A stretch of 64,000 nt of DNA, taken from the NCBI GenBank assembly GCA_905178155.1, contig CAJINV010000004.1, forward strand, positions 10,134,381 to 10,198,380. The letters run 5' to 3'. Source of the DNA: Amoebophrya sp. A120 (taxonomy: Eukaryota; Protista; Dinoflagellata). Every line of letters starts with the position of its first letter. The first letter of the stretch is position 1. The translations under genes were made by a program, and so were the position numbers. The notes under the pieces are model-generated. The model searched no databases and was not told the origin of the DNA. It saw only the letters and a program-made list of their open reading frames with translations. Of the stretch, positions 36,093 to 48,000 are shown in pieces.

Positions 36093-39000
36093 ATGACGCA
36101 TTCAAGCTCTACCAGGTCGGTCCTTCGGGGTCGGCTGCTCGGTTCAACAGCGCTGATTTGCCTATCAGAAGTACGAGCAGTGCTAGTGCTACCTATGAGG
36201 CCCTCAGATGTGAAGTTTCAAATTTTTCCAAAAAAAAAACTAGCTACTTTCCATGCGCAAATAACTATGTAATTCAGTAGCTAGCTAAGGCGGAGCGATT
36301 TCGAGGTCCCCGGCTGCGAACAGGCATGGTGATATCGGGCGGGAGCAACATGGTGATATCGGGCGGAGACACATGTCCGAAATGGTTTCGGATTTCGGGC
36401 CAAACATTGCGCCTGCGGCTTTGCAATGCCGTATATTAATTTTTTTGAGTCACGGTAAAACTTTAGTCACCATGGTATGCTTGATTTTTTGCATTTTCGT
36501 CCTCAGCTGATAAGGCCCGGGGGAGGGGGCCCCTTACCCCCCCCCCTCCGGGCCAGCCCGAGTGCCCATTTTTCGGCTCTCGCAAGATTTTTGCACCGGT
36601 GGCACACGCCGATTTTGCAGATTTCGTCCTCAGATAGAAAGGCCCCCCAGAGGGCCCCCCCGGAGGACCACTTTTGGTCGACCGGAAGGACCCCGTCTTC
36701 TCGGCTCCCCAAAAATTCCGCGTCATGCCCGCTGCCACGCTTTATGAAATGAAAAGCGGAAACACAGGTGCAAACGTCATCCACTGCAACAAAGCGCGGC
36801 GGCAGAAGGGGCATCTGTATGCGGTGGACACACTCCCGACCCTGGGGAAGCAGAAATACACCTTAAGGCAATATCCGACAAGACACCGAGACCACGAAAC
36901 CGCCCTACCCCTACCTGAGCTAGCTAGTTTACGAGATAGATAATGAATTACCTGGAGTAGCTAGATTTTTTTTTCGATTTTTTTCAAATTTCACATCTGA
37001 GGACCTCATATCGACAGCGCTGATTTGCCTATCAGAAGTACGAGCAGTGCTAGTGCTACCTCCGGGGTATGAGGATGAGCTCTATTGCCCTGCAGGATTC
37101 TGTATGGTACACAAGGACCTGGGCCCGGGCTTCGCCGGTCCGCGGTCAGCCTTTCACGAATGCTTCAACAAAGACACAGGAGTATCGTTTGGAATAATAA
37201 CTTCTCGTGTGCACAGACAACTTCCAATCTGAGTGTATGTACGCGTTTTTAATACCACTTTACAATCGCAACATGTTTGCATGAAAATCAATGCACCTTT
37301 TGCCCTTGGTCCACACCTCGTCCTCGATGCACAGTGAACCTGTGATGAGTTGTTCTCATTGCGGGAGCAGGAGCACACCACGAAGATCACTGAATTTATC
37401 TATCATTTTACATGCTAGACGAAAGGACGATGAGCAAGCATTTTTCAAGTACGACCATGGGCATGAGCATGACATTGACAACACACCGCTATTAATTTGA
37501 ATAAAAGTATTTAGAAATGTGCAAGTCTGTGCAGGCACACGTAGTTTTTCCATAGGATAGCCAGAAAAGACTGGAGTAGTACCCTGGGGATCAAAATCAG
37601 ATGGAGCTGAGGTACGCAATATGATAACATTCGCTAGGCCTACGTGCACGGCACGCATAGCTATTTCGTTTCTCATGCGGCCGACGATGGTTGTTTAGTG
37701 TGTGAGTGTAGCGGCCTCAGTCGATTCGATTTGCCATTAAGTGGTTGTGGTCGTGCAAAAAGTTTGCATTTGAGACGAAATTGAATGTGATTCTGATCTT
37801 CTATCAGGAGGAGAAACAGAGGCTGTTACAGAACGGTCACCACTATCCACTGGAAATATTTCTGAGTCCGGGAAAATGCAGCTTGTCTTGTTGCGTGTCT
37901 TGCATGCATGTAGGATCTGTGTTGCATGCATGACCAGCAAAGCCGCAGCCTCGTTTGTCATGCGAAATAAACGCAATTCGTCACGTGAACTAGCTACGCC
38001 TGTACTTGTTCAGAGAGCGACGTTGCAAGAACTTGCCATCCTTGGTTGCTGCATGAAAAATACTTCCTCTTTTCATTATCCGCAAAGCAGCAGTATCACA
38101 GGCCGAGGCTTCCACCCCCAGACATATTTCTTGCATTGGATAACCACACGGAAGATTGCCCCGACGACGTGGCAAAGCAGTACCGTGCGTCGCTGCAGCA
38201 AGGGCCGGATGACCATCAAGATCTAGCTATTGCGAGGAAAAATTCCCCCGCCTCTCCATATCAAGAAGGTACGACGCAAAGAATTTGTAATGTTGCTTTG
38301 TGGCCACAAATCTTTTTGTCTTGCAAAAAGGCAACCCGACAGTCTTCGCCGGATGATTACGCGGGCGGCTTGTGATGCTGCTTGGGCTACAGCATAGAAA
38401 CATACTGTGATGCTAAGCGTCCACGTCAGAAGCTCTGTTGTAATCAGGCGCGGCATATGCCTGCAGTCCTCTACTGCAAGACAGTTCTGATTTCTTGTGT
38501 TCGCAAATCCAGCATCAGAAGCGTCGTTTTCGTAATATGGGGAGGGGGAGGCTTTCGTTTTGATATCAGTTCCCGACGAGCCCCCGGAGCAGGAGGTCGT
38601 GGTGGAGCCACTCCAGGAGGTGGTGGAGCAGGAGGACGTTTCGATACCAGTTCTATCAAATGCAAAAATGTCTGGGTCTGGAAGATTGCGCGATTTGTCA
38701 TGCAGATTTTCCATGACCCATGAGGTCTGGAATGCAGGACGAAGCATGACACATTCTGTGCGATCTCTCTCATGCCTATCCTGCATGAGAAACTCCCTCC
38801 TGACTTGGTCAAAACTGGGCGACTTTTGGTAATCATGCAACACAGATTTTTACATGCTTCAGATTTAGCATGACAAGTTGCATTCTTCCAGACCCAGACA
38901 CTTTTACATTTGATAAGCTCCCGACCACGAAACGCCGCCGCTCCAGTCGTGGAGCCATATCCAATGCAAAAGCATCGTATTCGTATTGCCATCATGCATT

Positions 39001-42000
39001 ACAAATCCTTCTGCTAAGGTAAATCCGCATTACACATTTTATTTCTCATGCTGAGGAAATTTGTAATGCATTTATACGAGTACGATACTTTTGCATATGG
39101 AGGTACGTCCGTCAACTGAGACTACAGTGGCACGCTTTTCAAAGTAGATAGGGTATCTACTTTTTGGTAGATACGGTTTTCAGAAATTTTGAAAATTGTA
39201 TCTACTTTGATTTTGAGTATTTTGGGATTGATCCTTGGTTTTTCAAGGATCAATCCCTGGCAATCCAAGGATCAATCCTTGAAAGCCAAGGATTGATCCC
39301 AAAATGACCGAAATTGAAGTAGATATGGTATTGGGAAGAAGACGCAAGCAATTTGCTGTCTCGACAACGAAAAAGAGTGCGCCACGTTGTCAGAGACAGC
39401 AAATCGCCTAAGCAAGACGAAGAAGGAGCACCCAGCAAGCAAGAAATGGGCCGCGACGATACCAGGCCCGTGCATCCAACTCCGTGGCCGGGCACTGCGC
39501 AAAGAAAGCGCTAAAGCAATCGCAAAGAGGGCGCTACTCTCGTCTTTGACTTTGGACAAACAATCGCCGCGGGGCGTCTTCGCCCCGGTCAGGGTGCCTG
39601 CGTCCTGCAGGTGGGCTCCGATCCCATTGGCGCGCCGTGCCTTGCTTCTGCGCACGCGCCCCGCCGTTGTGTTTCTCTTGGGTTCGCTCTCGTTGATGGC
39701 TATGGCATTGCTATCGGCATGACTATGAGACGGGGGCGCAGACACTGTCTGTGGCCTTGGCGCGCGGGCGTGTTCCTGTGTGTGTATGGGAATAAGTATG
39801 GCATGCGCGCGAGCACAATGGCAGCCAAAGGGGAAGAAGGCCGCCACGGCTCTTCCTTGTTTGCGTTCAGGCCTTGCGCCTTTGTTTTCCAGCGCGGCTG
39901 TTTTGAATAATTCTACTAGCACCCGGGCACCGGAAGCAAAGCCCAAAGCTGAGGCTTTCCCGACGGCCAAATCTCATACCCGCGAGCACGGGGTGAGATT
40001 TTCCCAGCCCCAAAGCGAAAATCTCGCGCCCTGGTGTCCAGGGCATGAGATTTTCGCTTTCCCGGCTCCAAGTCTCATACTCGCGAACAGGGCGTGAGAT
40101 TTCCCCAGCTCCAACACCCCACGCCCTGGTGGCCAGGGTATGAGATTTTCCCGGGTCCGAAACATTATACCCGCGAGCAGGGCGTGAGATTTTCGCTTTC
40201 CCCGCTCCAAAATCCTGCTCCAATGGCCTCAGCAGGCCAGGGCGTGAGATTTTGCCAGCTCCAAAAGCTCGCGCCGTGGTGGCCAGGGCACGCTGGAGAT
40301 TTTCCCGGCTTCAAAAAATCACGCCCGCGAGCAGGGCGTTAAAGTTCCCCGGCTTCAAAACTTACGCCCAGGTGGCGAGGGCGTGAGATTTTCCGAGCTC
40401 CAAAATCTCATGCCCGGGGGGACAGGGCGTGAGATTTTCCCGGCTTCGAAAAATCACGCCCGCGAGCAGGGCATAAAATTTTTCCGGCCGAAAATCTCAC
40501 GCCCGGGGGGCGGGGGTGTAGGGTTGTCCTGGCTCCAAAGTCTCTTGCCCTGGTGGCGAGGGCATTGGGTTTCCTCGGCTCCAAAGTCTCATACTCGCGA
40601 GATGGGCATGAGATTTCTCCGACTCCGAAAGCTCATGCCCACGAGCAGGGCACGCAGGAGATTTTCCCGGCGGCAAAATCTCACGCCCTGGTGGCGAGGG
40701 TGTGAGGTTTTCACGGCTCCAAAATCTCATACCCTGGTGGCGAAGGCGTGAGGTTCTCCCGGCTCTGAAATCTCACGCCCACGAGCAGGGCGGCACTGCC
40801 GCCCTGGCAAATTCCACCACTGATTTCCCGCTTAAAAAAATCTAAATCCTAGCAAAGCCCCGGCGCAGTTCCGTCGGGCTCTTCCTTTGGAGGTCGTGGC
40901 AGTGCGTGGAGAAAGGGCGCCCCCCATGGGGCATGTGGTCGGCCGCAGTCTTGCTCCCTCGTTCTGTTTCTCCGAAGGCCCCCCGCTTTTTTTGTATCCG
41001 CCCCCGCAGTGGTGCGGCCCGGCGGCTGGATGGGCGGGCCTCTCGCTTGTGTCGCGCAGCGGCCCGGACTTATGATTTTGCCCAGCTTTTGGCGTTCCTT
41101 CTCCTTGGAAATTGCCGGGCCGGGTGTTGCCCTTGTTTCTTTGTGTTTTGGTCGGGCCCGGGGGGTTTGATTGTTGTCTGCAAGCAGGGCCAGGGGGTTC
41201 TGGTTTTTTTTCGGGGGCCGGGTTGGGGTTTGGTTTGTGCCCTAGCGTGGGCCTCGTTGTTTTTGTTATTGGTGGAGACGCCGGCCGGGGGGCCATTCCG
41301 GACATTCCGTGGGGCAATGGCGCGGGTCGTAGTTAGTTTCGACGTGTGTGCCCCGGCTCCCGGAGGGTTGGTAGGGAGCGGGGTACTTTTGCGGATAATT
41401 CTTGGGATTATTTCAAGAGCAACGAAATCGGGAAGGTTTCGCTGGTTTGCAAATTAGGCCAAGAATTAAGCTAAACGCTAGCCCTTAAATTAGAGCAAAA
41501 ATTACGCCCAAGATCGCCCAAAAATCCCAAAGAAGTAACGTCCGCCCGGAGGGCCATCCGACCGACGCGACTCCGAATTTGCCCGGCGGATGCCGCGGGC
41601 CGGGCCGTTTCCTGGAAGGTGTGCGCCCGGTATCGATCAGGGCCAGGCGGTGGCCCGGGCCGCCGTGGATTTTGCCCGGCCCGCGCCTTTTCTTTGTTGT
41701 CTTTCTTTGGGTTCTGGGGGTGTTTCTTTTGGCGCTTGCAGGCGCCCGCGCCTCTCTTGGGCTGCTTTCTGTGCCGCCTCCTCATTTCGCGGGCGCCGTG
41801 GCACACCCCGCAGCCCCGGCGGCGCTCGTTTTAGTTTCCCGGCCGCGTAATGTTGCCCGGTGGCGCCAAATTTTGCGCCCTTTTCCATGCCACAGGGCCG
41901 CGGGGGGGCCCGGGGGGGTCGGTGGCGTCCGCCGGTGTGGTGTTGCCGCCGGGAACGAAGGGGCGCCGCCTCCCCTGTGTTTGATCGGGCGCCGCTTTGC

Positions 42001-45000
42001 GTCTGTGTTGCCTTGTGTCCTGTAAATTAGAAAAATTTAAGCCGCGAGCTAACGCGGTAGCTTGCCAGGGGCCGGCAGCCTGGCGGCAGATTTTCCGTCC
42101 CGGCTCCAAAATCTCATACCCGCGAGCAGGGTAGAGATTAGCCGGGGCCCAAAATCTCACGCCCTGCCCGTGGGCATGAGGTTTTTCCGGCTGTAAATCT
42201 CACGCCCTGCTTGCTCGTGGGCGTGGGATTTTCCGTGCCGCGCAATCTCATGCCCTGGCGGCGAGGTAGGGCGTGAAACTTTTCCGGCTCCCAAATCTCA
42301 CACCCGCGAGCACGGCTTGAGATCTTCCCAGCCCCGTCCAAAGCCTCGCGTGGCCATGGTTGGCATGAGATTTTCCCGGCCCCCGAATCTCACTCATACC
42401 CGCGAGCACGGCGTGAGATTTTCCCCGCCCCAAAACCTCACACACCCCCACGACGAGCAGGGCGCGAGATTTTTCCGGCTCCGAAATGTCATGCCCTGGT
42501 GGCGGGGGTGTGAGATTTTCCCGGCTCCAGAATCGCGGTCGCCCGGGTTCGGAGAGGCCGACGGAGGCCGGGCGCGCGCCCGCGGGACGGTAGAATTCGG
42601 GCGCGGGGAAGAGGAGGGCGGGCGCGACCGAGGGAGGAGGAGGCCAGGCGCAGGACGGAGGAGGAGACCCACTCCTTGACGGAGAAGGCCGGGTCCGGGA
42701 GGGTGGAACTTCCCGGGCGCGGGAAGATGGAGGCCGGATTTGGGTGCGGGGGGGCGGGCTCGGGGAAGGGGAGGCGTGGCGGGTTTTGGTAGACGACAGG
42801 GGAGGCGATATGAGATTGCTTTTTCGGCTTTCTTGGGTTAAGTGGTGTGTTTCGTGAACCTTCAGCAGCTAAGTCCTCCTCGTTTCTGTTATATAGGTTT
42901 TGGGGAAGAGTTCGCGACTATGCAACGGATGGCAGTATCAAGAGCAATGCTATGAGCAATGGCATTGTGGCCACAAAAAATATTGGCATCTGGCCAATTT
43001 GGGACTTTATCCTTATTGACGCTCCAAAACCTAGATCGCTGACCTAATAGATCCGGGATCTATGTATTAGATCAAGCGATCTAGATTTCCCTCGCAAAAA
43101 AGTGCTTGGATGATCGCAAAAAAATATTTGAAAATGGCTCTTTTGGGATTTTATCCGTTTTGATGCTCCAAATTCTAGGTCACTGACCTAGGAGACCCGG
43201 GATCTCCTAGGTCAGTGATCTAGAATTCCCGGGAATTCTAGATCACTGACCTAGGAGATCCCGGGTCTCCTAGGTCAGTGACCTAGAATTTGGAGCATCA
43301 AAACGGATAAAATCCTAAATTGCCCATTTCCAAATATTTTTTTGCGATCATCCAAACATTTTTTTGCGATCTAGGTTTTGGACCATCAATAAGGATAAAG
43401 TCCTAAATTGACCAGATGCCAATACTTTTCGCGATCATTATGCCCCCCCTGCCTCCTCACGGAGAAAACGCCCCCCATGCCGAAGCAGCGCGCAGGCTGG
43501 CCTCGAGGGGCCGGGGAATACGGCGGGCGCGGTTGGGCAATGGGGGGCGATCCGACAAGGCTCGCAAGGCTCAGGCGCTGCCCGCCGCGCCGTTTCTGGC
43601 GGCATCCGGAAGCAACGGCGGCGGGGCGTGCGCTGCTCGGCTTGGTGTGTTGCTTGTCCCCTGCGGAGGTATCGCGCCCGCGCCTGTTGTGTGAGAGAGT
43701 GCAACGAATGCCAAAAACAAGGCCAAGTGCAAAAGCCCGAGCGACCACCGCCTGCCAACTAACCGGCCTACGTCCTCCACCCCGCGCCCCCCCCGCCTCC
43801 TCTTCCCCGAGGCCGCCCCCCCGCACCCCAATCCGGCCTCCACCTTCCCGCGCCCGGGAAGCTCCACCCTCCCGGACCCGGCCTTCTCCGCCACGGCCGT
43901 GTGGGTCTCCTCCTCCGTCCTGCGCCTGGCCTCCTCCTCCCTCGGTCCGTCGCGCCCGCCCTCCTCTTCCCCGCGCCCGAGTTCTACCTTCCCGCGGGCG
44001 CCCGGCCTCCGTCGGCCTCTCCGAACCTGGGCGACCGCGATCCTGGAGCCGGGGAAATCCAACACCCTCGCCACCAGGGCATGACATTTCGGAGCCGGAA
44101 AAATCTCGCGCCCTCATGCGGAGACACCCTGGGCGGATTTCCGTTCTAAAATCTGGCTAGTTTTCCCGGGATTTCAAAAAATCCGGGCGCCCGGCCCGCC
44201 GCTCCGTGATGGCTTCGCTTCCGGGCGAGGCGAGCCTTGCCCCGAAGCGCCCACCCCGGCGCCCCCGGTTTTGGTTGCGCAGGCGGCAGGCCCTTCCCCT
44301 GCCGGTGTTTGTTTGCCTGCCTGGCGTCGGGCAGAGTTAAAATTTAAAAACTCGGCCCGTTTTGTTTCGATAGTCGGCGCCGCGAAATTTTAATTCTGGG
44401 CGCGATTGTGTTTTGCGTGGTGGGGGTTCTGGGTGGAGGGAGAAGCGAAATCGCTCAGGTGGTAGGGGAGGGCATTAGCTTAGGAAAATGTAGATGCGAG
44501 GCGGCGCGCGCCGCCGCTTCGCATCTCATGGAGGATTTTTTTGTCTGTCATGCTGGACATGGTGTTCAATATTTTTCAATATCGGCCAGTCCGAAAAGAA
44601 TGCTCATGCTCATGCTCGAGAGCATCGAGATGGTGTTCGATGATTTCGAACATGAGCATGAACTTCGCGGAAGGGAGCCGGAAATCTTCCGGCTTCGCTT
44701 CCGCTTTCGGCGTTTCGATTTCCTCTCTGACATCTTCTAAAGTCGCATTATAGCGACTTTGTGCGGGATTTTGCGCTATCGGCAATTTTAGAGAACTATT
44801 AGAAGTTCTCAAACTGCCGTGCGCGCAAAAGAATTAGAGGCGGTTTTTAGAGGGGAAATTAGAGGACATTTTAGAGGCGCTTTCAGAGGCGCTTTTAGAG
44901 TCGCCTTTTAGAGGCGCATTTTAGAGACGCCCTTTAGAAGCGCACTTTAGAGGCCTACTTTAGAGGCCCATTTTAAAAGGCCACTTTAGAGGCCAGAATT

Positions 45001-48000
45001 AGGAGCGCACTTTAGAGGACAAAATTAGAGGCCAACTTTAGAGGCCGAAACTAGAGGCCGGGTGCAGCGGGCCGGTTTTCGTAAAAGGTCATCCTGTCGC
45101 CCATGTCGGATCATCATATCAAATCGTGGCGATGATCCGACACGAAGGTGATCGGGATGATCTCTTGTCCTGTCCCGCCTCCTTCTCTATTATCTTCCTG
45201 GCTTGGGTCGCCCTGTCCGGTTTGTGGGGTTCTTGTCTTTGTGCCGTCTCGCCTGTTTCCTGTTTTGGCCCATGTCCCGACCTCGTCTTTTCGATGGGTC
45301 TTTCGGCGGGGACTTGTGGTCTTTGTTTTTTTAACAAAACCGGAAAAATTAGAAGAACATTAGAGGGCGGGACCGCCCGGGTGTTTTCCGCCTGAGCGCC
45401 CTGCTCGTCGTGGGGGTGTGTGAGCTTTGGGGGCGGGGAAAATCTCACGCCGTGCTCGCGGGTATGAGTGAGATTTGGGGGCCGGGAAAATCTCATACCG
45501 TGGCCACGTGAGGCTTTGGAGGGGGCCGGGAAGATCTCAAGCCGTGCTCGCGGGTATAAGATTTGGGAGCCGGGGAAGTTTCATGCCCTCGCCGCCAGGG
45601 CATGAGATTGCGCTGCGCGGAACATCTCACGCCCACGAGCAATCAGGGCGTGAGATCTACAGCCGGGAGAACCTCATGCCCACGGGCAGGGCGTGAGATT
45701 TTGGGCCCCGGCAAATCTCACGCCCTGCCCGCGGGCATGAGATTTTGGAGCCGGGAAAATCTGCCGCCCACCCTGCTCGTGGGCGTGAGGTTTCAGAGCC
45801 GGGAGAACCTCACGCCCTCGCCACCAGGGTATGAGATTTTGGAGCCGTGAAAACCTCACACCCTCGCCACCAGGGCGTGAGATTTTGCAGCCGGGAAAAT
45901 CTCCTGCGTGCCCTGCTCGTGGGCATGCGATTTCAATTCGGAGTCGGAAAAATCTCATGCCCTGCTCGCGGGTATGAGATTTTGGAGCCGAGAAAACCCC
46001 ACGCCCTCGTCGCCAGGGCATGAGACTTCGGACCCGGAAAAACCTCACGGCCTCGCCACCAGGGCGTGTGTGAGATTTTCGGCCGGAAAAGTAAAGACTT
46101 CGTGCCCTGCTCGCGGGCATGATTTTTTGAAGCGGGAAAAACCTCACGCCCTGACCACCCGGGCGTGAGATTTTGGAGCTGGGAAAATCTCATGCCCCCG
46201 CCACCAGGGCGTGAGATTTTGGAGCCGGAGAAATTTCATGCCCTGCTCGTGGGCATGATTTTTTGAAGCCGGGAAAATCTCACGCGTGCCCTGGCCACCA
46301 GGGCATGGGCTTTCGGAGCTGGGAAAATCTCACGCCCTGCTCGCGGGTATAATATTTCGGACCCGGGAAAACCTCACGCCCTGGCCGCCAGGGCATTGGG
46401 TTTCGGTGCTGGGCGAATAAGTCTCATGCCCTGGCCGCCAGGGCAGGAGGTTTTGGAGCTTGGAAAATCTTACTCCGTGCTCGCGGGTATGGGATTCCTT
46501 TGAGGGCCGGGAAGGTCTCACTTCGTTCCGGTGCCCGGGTGCGAGTAAAATTATTTTAAAGAGCCGCGCTGAAAAAGAAAAGCGCAAGAACTGAACTCAA
46601 GCAAGGAAGAGCCGCGGCGGCCTTCTTGCCCTTTGGTTGCCATTGTGCTCGCGCGCCTGCCATGTTTCTTCTCATACACGCACAGGCACACGCCCGCGCG
46701 CCAAGGCCACCGGCAGTGTCTGCGCGCGCCCCCGTCTCATAGTCATGCCGATAGCAATGCCACAGCGATCAACGAGAGCAAACCCCAGAGAAACACAACG
46801 GCGGGGCGCCGCGCGCCAATGGGGCCGGAGCCCAATGCCAGGGCGCAGACACAGACACTGAGCGAAGACGCCCCGCGGTAATTCCTTGCTCCTTCGAAGG
46901 CGAGAGCGCTTGCGTTGCGATTGCTTTAGCGCTTTCTTTGCGCAGTGCCCGGCCACGGAGTTGGATGCACGGCCCTGGTATCGTCGCGGCCCATTTCTTG
47001 CTTGCTGGGTGTTCCTCCTTCGTTTTGCCTAGGCGATTTGCTGTTTCTGACAACGTAGCAGACCCTTCTTCGTTGTCGAGACAGCAAATCGCTCGCGTGT
47101 TCTTTCAAAAATCATATCTACTTCAATTTCGGCTATTTTGGGATCAATCCTTGGATTGCCAAGGATTGATCCTTGAAAAACCAAGGATCAATCCCAAAAT
47201 ACCCGAAATGAAAGTAGATACAATTTTCAAAATTTCTGAAAACCGTATCTACCAAAAAGTAGATACCCTATCTACTTTGAAAAGCGTGCCACTGTAGTCT
47301 CCACTTGACGGACGTACCTCCATACTTTTGCAGTTCATAAGCCAGTGGCTTCGCAAATACCGCGACCCACTAGTGCAGCTGGCCGACAACGAGGAGAAGG
47401 GTGTCGCTCTTAAATGGGCGGAGGTCTGGCGCCAGTTTCGCGAAGATAATGACTTGTTCTCTCCATCCCCTGCTTATCGGCATCTCGTCTACACCTACCA
47501 GCCGGAACCAACCCTAAACCCTGAACTCCGAGTCCGACTTACTACAATGTATAGGCGTCGCAAGGGCGCCGCTACGTTTCTGCAGCTCCTGGACCTTCCC
47601 GCTGGGAGTTTGGTTCTGGGGCACTGGAAAGGGCTGCGAGAAAATGATGCGCGTTGGCTGCAGGATTGGGAGAACCCCTGGGATCTTGCGAAAAAAGGCT
47701 ACTTTTCGTTTGGTCGTGGCATTATTGTATCCGGAATTTTAGAAACGTACCCACTCTGTATTTGTTCTTGTCCTGCATGCCACGGCCACGGCCACACGTC
47801 AAGCCCAGAATGGGTCTCATGCGCCCGCCACCCGCCCGCTGGCTCTAGATCTGGCCTTGCTGCCCACTCCCCGGAGGGGACGCGAGCCTGTGTGCACCCA
47901 GCGAGACCGGCGACAACTCGGTGCTGATGATGATGCCGATGCGCAGGAGCAGCCCTGTGCTGATGGGCACCATTTATTTGTCACCGTGTTTTCTGGTGCA

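Larger units (their letters stand above)
39096..47324. mobile_element. 8.2-kb foldback-type (giant palindromic) non-autonomous DNA element
   Basis: Termini TATGGAGGTACGTCCGTCAA / TTGACGGACGTACCTCCATA; 8-bp TSD CTTTTGCA; long inverted arms; GGGCRTGAGATTT repeat arrays; no recognisable transposase. Confidence 0.85.
38958..47344. mobile_element. Introner family E expanded to 8.4 kb by a nested element
   Basis: DR AGCCA (38953-38957, 47340-47344); ends TATCCAATGCAAAAG / CTTTTGCAGTTCATA. Confidence 0.8.

Noticed and set aside
39950-46500. CRISPR-like array from the GGGCGTGAGATTT repeats
   Set aside because: Repeats are degenerate, spacers resemble each other, there are no cas genes, and the context is eukaryotic.
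39250-47300. ORFs in the giant element as a transposase (e.g. 39272-39970, 43386-44117, 43408-44160, 44576-44812)
   Set aside because: GC-rich low-complexity frames with no DDE, HUH or tyrosine-recombinase motif recognisable by eye. 44576-44812 looks protein-like but is unassignable.
47496-47625. Possible old introner (CCGGAACCAA/TTGGTTCTGG)
   Set aside because: The frame is open straight through, and removing it with the 5-nt rule shifts the frame.
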